From Candidatus Xenobia bacterium (GTDB taxonomy: Bacteria; Vulcanimicrobiota; Xenobia; Xenobiales; QWHO01), in contig BTUM01000120.1 of assembly GCA_045863235.1 (NCBI GenBank), positions 1 to 18,418 on the forward strand: a stretch of DNA of 18,418 bases, read 5' to 3'. The notes under the pieces were generated by a model. It searched no databases. It saw only the letters and a program-made list of their open reading frames with translations, and was not told where the DNA came from. This document shows, in pieces, positions 8,785 through 17,468 of the stretch (positions within the stretch are counted from its first letter, which is position 1; each line of letters starts with the position of its first letter). The translations under genes were made by a program, and so were the position numbers.

Positions 8785-8794
8785 GATGGGGTGG

Positions 8795-8839
8795 ACTATA
8801 GCAGGGTCACCCCACCGGGTTGGAACCGGATCGTTAACG
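8795..8839 (-). promoter_or_regulatory. Promoter: extended -10 TGcTATAGT with upstream palindrome CGTTAACG (GTTAAC-N32-TATAGT); near-leaderless
   Basis: GTTAAC at 8833-8838, -10 at 8795-8800, 32-nt spacer. The ATG lies 10 nt downstream of the -10, with no SD. Confidence 0.6.
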
Positions 8840-8841
8840 TT

Positions 8842-9159
8842 TTACTGCGGGCTGGACAGCAGACGCGGAAGCTCTCCGCGGTCGAGCCAGATTCCACCGC
8901 ACTTCTCGCATTCATCGAGCATCAGGTCCTCGATGCTCTGGTGAGCCCCTTCGTAGAGCACTCCCTTGCAGCGCGGGCAGTGGTTCTCGGTCTTGCGCTT
9001 CTTCTGCAACTGCACTTCCAGGGCGTTCTTGCGCGAGCGGGTGATGCGCTGCAGTTCGTTCTTGTCCAGCCAGCACCCGTTGCAGAGGGGGCAGATGTCG
9101 ATGACCGTGCTCAGCATGGTCATCGGGCTCATGTCGACCTTGTCTTTGGGGCACTTCAT
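8842..9159 (-). CDS. Tandem zf-TFIIB-type zinc-ribbon protein
   Basis: Two repeats: MKCPKD...IDICPLCNGCWLDKNEL and CPRC...LDECEKCGGIWLDRGEL. The GxWLDxxEL signature is characteristic. Alternative start GTG at 9171. Confidence 0.85.
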   Translation of the reverse strand: MKCPKDKVDMSPMTMLSTVIDICPLCNGCWLDKNELQRITRSRKNALEVQLQKKRKTENHCPRCKGVLYEGAHQSIEDLMLDECEKCGGIWLDRGELPRLLSSPQ

Positions 9160-9239
9160 CAGGGCGGGCACTTCCTTGAGCCGGCAAAAGACTCCTTCCA
9201 GGAGGAATCAGGCCCGAAAGAACAGTAACTCTGGCGACG

Positions 9240-9628
9240 ATGCTCGATCATGTCGCCATAGCGGTTCCCGATCTGGAGGCCGCCCTTCAAAAGCTGACGC
9301 CTTTCCTTGCAGGTCAAGCCCACTTCGAGGAAGTGCCCGACCAGGGCGTGAGGGTGGCTCTGGTGCCACTCGGCAACTGTCATCTCGAGCTGCTCTCCCC
9401 GCTGTCGGAAGACTCTCCGGTGGGCAAGTTCCTGGCCAAGAAGGGGCCGGGTCTCCACCATGTGGCTTTCCATGTCGAGGACGTTGCGGCCGAGCTGGTG
9501 GCCTTCGCCGAGCGAGGCTACGAGCTGATCGACAAAACACCGCGTCGGGGGGCCGGGGGGAAGACCATCGGCTTCCTGCATCCGCGCTCTACCGGTGGAG
9601 TGCTGGTCGAACTGTGCAGCCATAACCC

Positions 9629-9632
<4 letters not shown>
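9240..9632 (+). CDS. mce: Methylmalonyl-CoA epimerase (VOC superfamily)
   Basis: [25 protein letters not shown]...[33 protein letters not shown]. Confidence 0.9.
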
Positions 9633-11416
<1,784 letters not shown>

Positions 11417-11431
<15 letters not shown>

Positions 11432-11464
11432 CCCGTTGTGCTATAATGGAGCTCGATAGGAGGT
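11417..11464 (+). promoter_or_regulatory. Promoter and RBS of the iscA-like gene
   Basis: Extended -10 TGTG-c-TATAAT (11437-11447), possible -35 TTGAAA (11417-11422, 19-nt spacer), SD AGGAGGT (11458-11464). Confidence 0.75.
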
Positions 11465-11470
11465 CTTTTC

Positions 11471-11824
11471 ATGGCTGAACTTGCGGAGAACCCCGTTCAA
11501 GATATCATTTTGACCGAGAAGGCCCGGAACGAAGTGAAGCGTCTGGTGGCCGAGAACAATCTCGAGGGTCACTACCTGCGCATGGGGGTGCGAGGCGGTG
11601 GATGCTCGGGCCTATCCTACACTCTGGGCTTTGATCCTCAGACCGGACAGTATGACCGGATCTTCGACTTCGACGGCGTCAAAGTCGCCATCGACATGAA
11701 GAGCTTCCTCTACCTGCGAGGGGTCGAGCTCGACTATACGCAGGACCTGCTCGGTGGAGGATTCAAGTTCCACAATCCCAACGCCAAGAGAAGTTGCGGC
11801 TGCGGAAGCTCTTTCACCACCTGA
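11471..11824 (+). CDS. iscA: A-type Fe-S carrier (IscA/ErpA/HesB family)
   Basis: GVRGGGCSGLSY and NPNAKRSCGCGSSF motifs; all three Cys present. Confidence 0.93.
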   Translation: MAELAENPVQDIILTEKARNEVKRLVAENNLEGHYLRMGVRGGGCSGLSYTLGFDPQTGQYDRIFDFDGVKVAIDMKSFLYLRGVELDYTQDLLGGGFKFHNPNAKRSCGCGSSFTT

Positions 11825-11854
11825 CCCGGGCGGCGCGGGCTGGAATTTTCTTGG

Positions 11855-11883
11855 ACCTGAGTTTGAAAAAGCTCGGGTTTTTT
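11855..11883 (+). terminator. Intrinsic terminator between iscA and iscS
   Basis: ACCTGAGTTT-GAAA-AAGCTCGGGT stem (two G-U pairs) followed by a T run. Confidence 0.65.
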
Positions 11884-11911
11884 GCTCCAAGTCTGTGTAT
11901 ATTTTCAGGGG

Positions 11912-13057
11912 ATGCTCTATTTCGATCATGCGGCCACGACGCCGGTTCACCCTGAGGTGGTCCAGGCCATGCTGCCCTATTTCGAGCAGGTCTATGGCAA
12001 CCCGTCCGGAGTTCATCGCCTGGCTCGCCAGAGCCGGCAAGTTCTAGAGGAATCGCGCGAGCGGGTGGCGGGCTGTCTGAACGTGCGGCCCGAGCAGGTG
12101 GTGTTCACCAGCGGCGGCACCGAAGCTGGCAACCTGGCCATCTTCGGGCTCGCTTACCGGGGCCGCCACATCATCACGACCCGAGTCGAGCACCTGGCCG
12201 TGCTGCAGCCCGCTCGCGAGCTCGAGCGGCGCGGCTATGACGTGACTTACCTGGCGGTGGACAAGAATGGCCGAGTGCATCCCGACCAGGTTGCCTCCTG
12301 CCTTCGCTACGACACGGCCCTGGTGTCGGTGATGCTGGCCAACAACGAGGTGGGAACCCTGCAGCCAGTCGCCGAAATCGCCCGTCGTTGCCGCGAGAAG
12401 GAGGTGCTCTTGCACACCGACGCGGTCCAGGCGGTGGGCACGCTGGATTGTGATTTCGAGAGCCTGGGAGTGCAGGCGCTCTCGCTCTCGGCCCACAAGT
12501 TCTACGGCCCCAAGGGAGTGGGGGCGCTGGTCGTAGCACCCGATCTCGAGCTGTCGCCGCGCCTTCTGGGGGGCGGACAGGAGGGGGGGCGACGCTCGGG
12601 CACCGAGAACCTGGCCGGCATCGTGGGCCTGGCCCGGGCCCTGGAACTGGCCCTGGCCGATCGAGTCGAGCGCGCGGCCCGGCTGGAGAAGCTATCGGAG
12701 AAGCTGTACGACTACCTGTTGGCCATTCCCGGAGTGCATCGCACGGGCCACCCCACAGAGCGCCATCCCGCCATCGTCAGTGTGGCCGTGGAGGGTGCGG
12801 CTGGGGAGGCCCTCTTGATGGAGCTGGATCAGGCCCAGGTGGCGGCCTCGACCGGCTCGGCCTGCTCCACGGCCACGCTCGAGCCCTCGCACGTCCTGCG
12901 GGCGATGGGGGTGCCTCTGGCCCGGGCTCACGGCAGCCTGAGATTCTCTTTGGGGCGCTCGAGCACAGAGGCCGACGTCATGAAGGTCGCCCGGGTGACC
13001 CGTCTGGCGGTGGAACGCCTGCGTGAGCTGGCTCCGGCGGACCTGCGAGGGACATGA
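11912..13057 (+). CDS. iscS: Group I cysteine desulfurase (IscS/NifS family)
   Basis: YFDHAATTP, GNPS, FTSGGTE, ANNEVG, HTDAVQ, PLP Lys motif SAHKFYGPKG, RSGTEN, catalytic STGSACS. ATG at 11912 matches the family N-terminus better than TTG at 11882. Confidence 0.95.
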   Translation: MLYFDHAATTPVHPEVVQAMLPYFEQVYGNPSGVHRLARQSRQVLEESRERVAGCLNVRPEQVVFTSGGTEAGNLAIFGLAYRGRHIITTRVEHLAVLQPARELERRGYDVTYLAVDKNGRVHPDQVASCLRYDTALVSVMLANNEVGTLQPVAEIARRCREKEVLLHTDAVQAVGTLDCDFESLGVQALSLSAHKFYGPKGVGALVVAPDLELSPRLLGGGQEGGRRSGTENLAGIVGLARALELALADRVERAARLEKLSEKLYDYLLAIPGVHRTGHPTERHPAIVSVAVEGAAGEALLMELDQAQVAASTGSACSTATLEPSHVLRAMGVPLARAHGSLRFSLGRSSTEADVMKVARVTRLAVERLRELAPADLRGT

Positions 13058-13434
13058 GCATGAGCTACTCGGGCATCGTCATGGATCATTTCCGCAATCC
13101 ACGCCGCGTCGGAGAGCTGGAGGATTGTGTCGGGCGAGCTCGCCTGGAGAATCCGGTTTGCGGGGACGTGACCGAGTTCTTCGTGCGCCTGGGTCCGGGG
13201 AGCAGGGTGGTGCAGGTTCGTTTTCGGGTGCTCGGATGCGTGGCCGCCATCGCTGCCGCCAGCTGCCTGGGCGACCTGGTTGAGGGTCGGTCGTTCGCGG
13301 AGGCCGAGTCGGTGGATGTGGAGCACCTGCTCAAGGCCCTGGGAGGTCTGCCCGCCAGCAAGAAGCACGGTGCCACCCTGGCGGTGGAGACATTCCGTCA
13401 GGCTCTGAAGGCTGCCTGGGAGGGAACTTTCTAG
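13054..13434 (+). CDS. iscU: IscU/NifU N-terminal-like scaffold protein with the third Cys replaced by Gly
   Basis: YSGIVMDHFRNPR, NPVCGD, FRVLGCVAAIAAAS, LGGLPASKKHG. ATGA overlap with iscS. Confidence 0.85.
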   Translation: MSMSYSGIVMDHFRNPRRVGELEDCVGRARLENPVCGDVTEFFVRLGPGSRVVQVRFRVLGCVAAIAAASCLGDLVEGRSFAEAESVDVEHLLKALGGLPASKKHGATLAVETFRQALKAAWEGTF

Positions 13435-13445
13435 GAGTTGGCGAC

Positions 13446-13527
13446 GTTAACCTCATGTGCTCCTGGGGGCGTAAACAGACTTCCTACACTTGAATTGATT
13501 GTGCCCGACAACAGCTTCCTGTATAAT
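13446..13527 (+). promoter_or_regulatory. Tandem promoters for the 121-aa gene: GTTAAC-N33-TACACT and TTGTGC-N17-TATAAT
   Basis: GTTAAC at 13446-13451 with TACACT at 13485-13490; TTGTGC at 13499-13504 with TATAAT at 13522-13527. Confidence 0.55.
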
Positions 13528-13555
13528 GACGCTGGGGTGCCGACTGACTTAAGAG

Positions 13556-13921
13556 GTGAGAGCGATCCACATCATCAAACGGGAAAAGAAGGCTGAGGCG
13601 ACTCAGCTTCGCCAAAAGGCTCTCGAGCCGCTCAAGCGTCATTGCTACATTCTGGACAAGGAAGTGTCGATTCTCGTCGAGTACCCGGACTACAAGGGGC
13701 CGCACCACAAGGGTGAAGAGGGTGCGATCTACTGCGAGAACATCGTCAACTGCTACCAGAACAACGTGAAGTGCCGCTACAGTGGGATCTCGCCTCTGTA
13801 CGCCGATCCGTTCTATCCGCGCGAGAAGCCGGCCGAGCCCGAGTCGACCGCCAATGACCCGGCCGAGTCCGACGAGCTGCCCGAGGCCGAGCCGAAGGAT
13901 GAAATTGAGGTAGGGGCTTAA
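13556..13921 (+). CDS. Hypothetical 121-aa protein with four Cys and an acidic tail
   Basis: Host-like codon usage and its own promoter. Cys at residues 30, 60, 66 and 73. Exact start uncertain because the SD-like GAGGTG overlaps the GTG. Confidence 0.75.
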   Translation: MRAIHIIKREKKAEATQLRQKALEPLKRHCYILDKEVSILVEYPDYKGPHHKGEEGAIYCENIVNCYQNNVKCRYSGISPLYADPFYPREKPAEPESTANDPAESDELPEAEPKDEIEVGA

Positions 13922-13960
13922 CCCTGTTCGCCCTGCTATCTTCTTGAAAAACCCCGTCCT

Positions 13961-14030
13961 TACAGGCGTTCACAGGCATTAAATTTTTTTCAACGTTCGG
14001 ATTGTTGAATAATACTCTAGCTGCTATACT
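13961..14030 (+). promoter_or_regulatory. Promoter of the TPR operon with operator-like repeats
   Basis: Extended -10 TGcTATACT (14022-14030), TTGTTG 17 nt upstream, inverted repeat TTCAAC-N9-GTTGAA (13989-14009), direct repeat ACAGGCRTT x2 (13962-13980). Confidence 0.55.
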
Positions 14031-14070
14031 TCTCCTAAGCTGTTTTGGCGGTAGCCTGCTGGAGGGCGCC

Positions 14071-16047
14071 TTGAATTTTGTTCTTTACCGTCTTCTCTAC
14101 CGGAGAAAGGCCAGTCAGCCCGAGCGCAGGTTGCTCGGGCTTATCGACATGATCCGTTCGGCATTGCCGCACATCGACCCGGACCGGGTCCAGCCGCTGG
14201 CTGCCTTCGAGCCGCCCCAGCAAGGCTTCTTGATCTGCTACCCTCGCCACGAGTCGGACGGTCAGCGGCTGGTGCGCGAGCTGTTGCGCAAGCGCGGGGT
14301 TCGGTTCGAGGAGCATCTGCTCGGTCCCGAGCCGGTCCCGGCCGGGGGAGCTCCCCAGTCAGCCGAAGCCCGTGAGGCCCAGAAATCCAGACTGATGGAG
14401 AGCGGTCGTTTCTTTGCCCAGATGGGTCTGGTGGAGGATGCCCTGCCCCTGCTGCAGGACGCCGTCACCCTCGATCCCGGCTGCGTGGAGTCGTCGCAGC
14501 ACCTGGTGGCCGTTCTGCGCCAGCTCAACCGAAGCGCCGAGGCCGAGGGAGTCTTGCGGCGGGCCCTGCGTCACCAGCCCAACACCCCCGCCTTCCATCT
14601 GTTGATGGGCACTCATCTGCTCGATCTCGGTCGCTGCGAGGAGGCCGTGGAGGCTTTCAAGCAGGGCATTCGGCTCGAGCCCCGGGCCCCGGTTCTGTAT
14701 GCCCAACTGGGCACCGCTCTCTATCGCCAGGGCGAGCTCGAGCCGGCCGAAGCGGCCTTCGCTGAGGCCCTGAGTCGAGACGAGCACCTGGCCATCGCCC
14801 TGGTCGGTATGGGGGAAACCTTGCTCGAGCAAGGCCGCCTGGAAGAGGCGGCCACCTACCTGCACAAGAGCCTGGAGGAAGATGACGAGGCTCCCGAAGC
14901 TCGCCTGAAGCTGGGCTGGTGCCACTACCACCTGGGTCTCTTGGAGCGGGCCGAAGTGGACTTTCTCTCGGCCGCCAACGAACCGTCCGATCCTTACTGG
15001 GCGGCGGCTCGCTTCAGCCTGGGCCGGCTCTACCTCGAGCGCGGCTCGCTCGACCTGTGTCGTGAGGTACTCACTGAGGTCTGCCGGCGCGAGCCCGACT
15101 TCTCCGAGGCTCACCGCTTTCTGGCCGAGTGCTGCACCTTGCAGGGTGACCATGCGTCCGCCCTCAAGCACTGGCGCGAGGTCGAGCGCATCGAGCCCGA
15201 TCGCAGTCTCTCCCTGCAGCCGAGTCTGGCGGTCTGCCTGTCGCGCCTGGGTCGCAACGAGGAGGCTGAGGCATGCCTTTATGGCTGCCTGGACAAGATG
15301 GGTGCGCATCCTTACCTTTTCCAGTTGCTGGCCACGGTCATGATGGCTCAAGAGCAGTGGGAGCGCGCTCGGGAGGCCCTGCGGGTGGCCGAGCAGCTTG
15401 ATCCCGAGTCGTGCGCCACCCAGTTCGAGATCGCCTGGGTGGAGGAGAACCTGGGACATTTCGAGGTGGCTCGCGAGCGTTACAACCGCGTTCTGCGGCT
15501 CGATCCCGAGTGTGTGGAAGCCTATTCGGGACTGGGCTGGCTCTATCTGCAAGAAGGCAAGCCCGAGATTGCCCTGGTGCTGTTCGAGAAGTGCCTTGAG
15601 CTGAAAGGCCCCGAGAGCGATGTGCTGGACACGCTGGGCTGGGTGTATCTGTTGCAAGGCGAGCAGCTTCGTGCCCTGGCCCTGTTCGAGCAGGCCATCG
15701 CGCTCGAGCCCGGCATGGGGCTGGCCCGAGCTCATCGGGCGGCCGCCCTGGCCAGCCTCGATCGCGTCGAAGAGGCTCGCCAGGAGCTGCTGCGGGCAGT
15801 CGAGATCGATCCCGATGACGAGGAGGTGCTCGGGTATGCCCGGGACCTGGCTCGTCAGCTCAGCCCTCTTCCTCGGCAGTTGTCGCGAGCTCTGGGCAAG
15901 AGACGTCGCTCTCCCGGTTCGCGCACCCAGCATCCCAAGGTGAGTCAGGGGAACCAGGCCCGCAGCTGGAACAAATACCGCGTTCAGTCGGACGTGGATT
16001 TCTGGGAAGACTATCCCGAAGGCAGCGACGAGCTCTCGACTGGATGA
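14071..16047 (+). CDS. Multi-TPR protein
   Basis: Many canonical 34-aa TPRs (e.g. AYSGLGWLYLQEGKPEIALVLFEKCLEL). TTG at 14071 has GGAGG 5 nt upstream and lies downstream of the -10, so it is preferred over 14002. Confidence 0.9.
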   Translation: MNFVLYRLLYRRKASQPERRLLGLIDMIRSALPHIDPDRVQPLAAFEPPQQGFLICYPRHESDGQRLVRELLRKRGVRFEEHLLGPEPVPAGGAPQSAEAREAQKSRLMESGRFFAQMGLVEDALPLLQDAVTLDPGCVESSQHLVAVLRQLNRSAEAEGVLRRALRHQPNTPAFHLLMGTHLLDLGRCEEAVEAFKQGIRLEPRAPVLYAQLGTALYRQGELEPAEAAFAEALSRDEHLAIALVGMGETLLEQGRLEEAATYLHKSLEEDDEAPEARLKLGWCHYHLGLLERAEVDFLSAANEPSDPYWAAARFSLGRLYLERGSLDLCREVLTEVCRREPDFSEAHRFLAECCTLQGDHASALKHWREVERIEPDRSLSLQPSLAVCLSRLGRNEEAEACLYGCLDKMGAHPYLFQLLATVMMAQEQWERAREALRVAEQLDPESCATQFEIAWVEENLGHFEVARERYNRVLRLDPECVEAYSGLGWLYLQEGKPEIALVLFEKCLELKGPESDVLDTLGWVYLLQGEQLRALALFEQAIALEPGMGLARAHRAAALASLDRVEEARQELLRAVEIDPDDEEVLGYARDLARQLSPLPRQLSRALGKRRRSPGSRTQHPKVSQGNQARSWNKYRVQSDVDFWEDYPEGSDELSTG

Positions 16048-17300
16048 AGCACTGCACAGCGTGCGGTCAGGCCATGACCGACGACCAGAGTTTCTGCCTG
16101 CACTGCGGCGTGGCGGCCACGCCCCTGCCGCACGCGTCGGCACCGGCTGAGGCAACGCCTGCCCTGCAAGCGAGCACCGCACCTGCGGCCGGATCGGCTG
16201 GCGGAGGCCTCAGGTCGAACCTCCTGGCCGCTCTGTTCGGGTTGACGGCTCTTCTGGTCATCGGCAGCGTCCTCTATCTGGTGGAGTACAGGAAGTCGCC
16301 CGAGCCGCCCGAGCGCGTGGCCATCACGTCTGCCACTCCCACAGCCGAGCCTCCGACGACGACTCCCGACCCCGACCCCGACAAGACGTCCACTCCCGAG
16401 CCCTCCCAGACCCCGGAGCGGTTCCAGATTCCTCTGGAAGAGTTCTCGGGCGTGTGGCTGCCCGAGAGCGGCCCGAGCCTGGACGCGATCCACCTTGACC
16501 TGTCTGGCGACGAGCTGGTGGCCTCTCTGCCCTCCGAGTCGGCCACGCTCATCCTGAAAGCTGGTCAGGGCGATGAGGAGCTGGCCGGCACCCTCAGCTC
16601 TCCCAGCGAGGGCGAGGCCTCGGTCACGGCCAGCGTCTCGAAGGACATGTTCGAGCTCACCCTTACGGTGACGCCCGCCGATAGCGAGCCCTACAAGCGT
16701 GTCCTGCACCGCCCCTACTACACCGTCGGCTCGCCGCTCAACCAGAGCATGGCCCAGTTTTTTTTGCCGGGCCTTGATCTGGTGCAGGTCTTCGAGGCCC
16801 GTTACCCCGATGGCGAGTCCGCCAGCGTGACCGCCACCACGGGCATCCTGCGCACGGGCATCTTGCGCAGCCAGGTCGAGAACGCTTCCGGGGCGGACGA
16901 AGTCTACCACTTCGTTGCCCGCGGGGACGGCCTCTACCGGATAGCCGACTCGCGCCCCGACGAGGAGGAGCTGTGGTTGCCCAGCGACGTGTCGGTGGGC
17001 ACGACCTGGAAAACGGAAACCTGGCAGAGCGAGGTGTTGGAAATGAACGCCGTGGTCGACCTGGGCTTCGACAAGTTCCAGTGCCTCAAGGTGCAGCGCA
17101 CCAACCCGGCCGTGGAGGCCAGCGAGACAGCCTACTTCGCCCCAGGTCACGGGTTGATTCTGGTGGAGGATGCGCAAGGGAAGCCCACCCTCAAGATGAC
17201 CCACATCACCAACTTGACCCCCGGCGCCGCCGCGGGCGACCTGCGCAAAAAGGCCATCAACCTGGACCGGATCACACCGGGGCAGGATATGTTAAAGTAG
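16044..17300 (+). CDS. Zinc-ribbon, single-TM protein with Pro/Thr linker and extracytoplasmic beta-rich domains
   Basis: N-terminal CTACG...FCLHCG; TM LLAALFGLTALLVIGSVLYLV; PT-rich linker. C-terminal WLP..VSVGTTW...FQCLKV...YFAPGHGLI resembles DUF3108-like beta domains. ATGA overlap with the TPR gene. Confidence 0.85.
   Translation: MKHCTACGQAMTDDQSFCLHCGVAATPLPHASAPAEATPALQASTAPAAGSAGGGLRSNLLAALFGLTALLVIGSVLYLVEYRKSPEPPERVAITSATPTAEPPTTTPDPDPDKTSTPEPSQTPERFQIPLEEFSGVWLPESGPSLDAIHLDLSGDELVASLPSESATLILKAGQGDEELAGTLSSPSEGEASVTASVSKDMFELTLTVTPADSEPYKRVLHRPYYTVGSPLNQSMAQFFLPGLDLVQVFEARYPDGESASVTATTGILRTGILRSQVENASGADEVYHFVARGDGLYRIADSRPDEEELWLPSDVSVGTTWKTETWQSEVLEMNAVVDLGFDKFQCLKVQRTNPAVEASETAYFAPGHGLILVEDAQGKPTLKMTHITNLTPGAAAGDLRKKAINLDRITPGQDMLK
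17290..17298 (+). promoter_or_regulatory. Possible extended -10 (TGtTAAAGT) for tRNA-Ser
   Basis: AT-rich extended -10-like motif at the end of the upstream CDS, about 40 nt before the tRNA. Confidence 0.4.
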
Positions 17301-17339
17301 GAGGGCGACTCGACAGCGCAGAACCAGAGGCGTGAGCAC

Positions 17340-17429
17340 GGAGAGCTGGCCGAGTGGTTGAAGGCAGCGGTTTTGAAAACCGCCGTAGGTGCAAGCCTAC
17401 CGGGGGTTCGAATCCCTCGCTCTCCGCCA
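17340..17429 (+). tRNA. tRNA-Ser (anticodon TGA)
   Basis: Acceptor stem GGAGAGC/GCTCTCC, discriminator G, encoded CCA. Anticodon arm GCGGT-TTTGAAA-ACCGC with TGA at 17374-17376. Long variable arm GTAGG-TGCAAG-CCTAC; T-loop GGTTCGAATCC. Confidence 0.98.
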
Positions 17430-17434
17430 GATAT

Positions 17435-17468
17435 AAGGCCTCCGGAGCGATCTGGGGGCTTTGTTGTT
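17435..17468 (+). terminator. Terminator after tRNA-Ser
   Basis: AAGGCCTCCGGA-GCGA-TCTGGGGGCTTT stem followed by GTTGTT. Confidence 0.7.

Noticed and set aside
7789..9228. 479-aa plus-strand ORF
   Set aside because: Shadow of the 573-aa and zf-TFIIB genes; it runs across their promoter.
13471..13480. GTAAACAGAC, resembling GTTAACAGAC at 7031-7040
   Set aside because: Opposite orientation relative to its gene and no 32-33 nt spacing to a -10; probably chance.
14002..14070. Lipoprotein or signal peptide on the TPR protein (LLLSC)
   Set aside because: The region contains the promoter. The better start is TTG at 14071 with an SD, and there is no basic n-region.
14359..17204. 607-aa and 397-aa minus-strand ORFs
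   Set aside because: Antisense shadows of the TPR and zinc-ribbon genes.
17340..17429. Selenocysteine or suppressor tRNA
   Set aside because: The anticodon is TGA (reads UCA, Ser), not TCA. The 7-bp acceptor stem and G discriminator are those of a normal tRNA-Ser.
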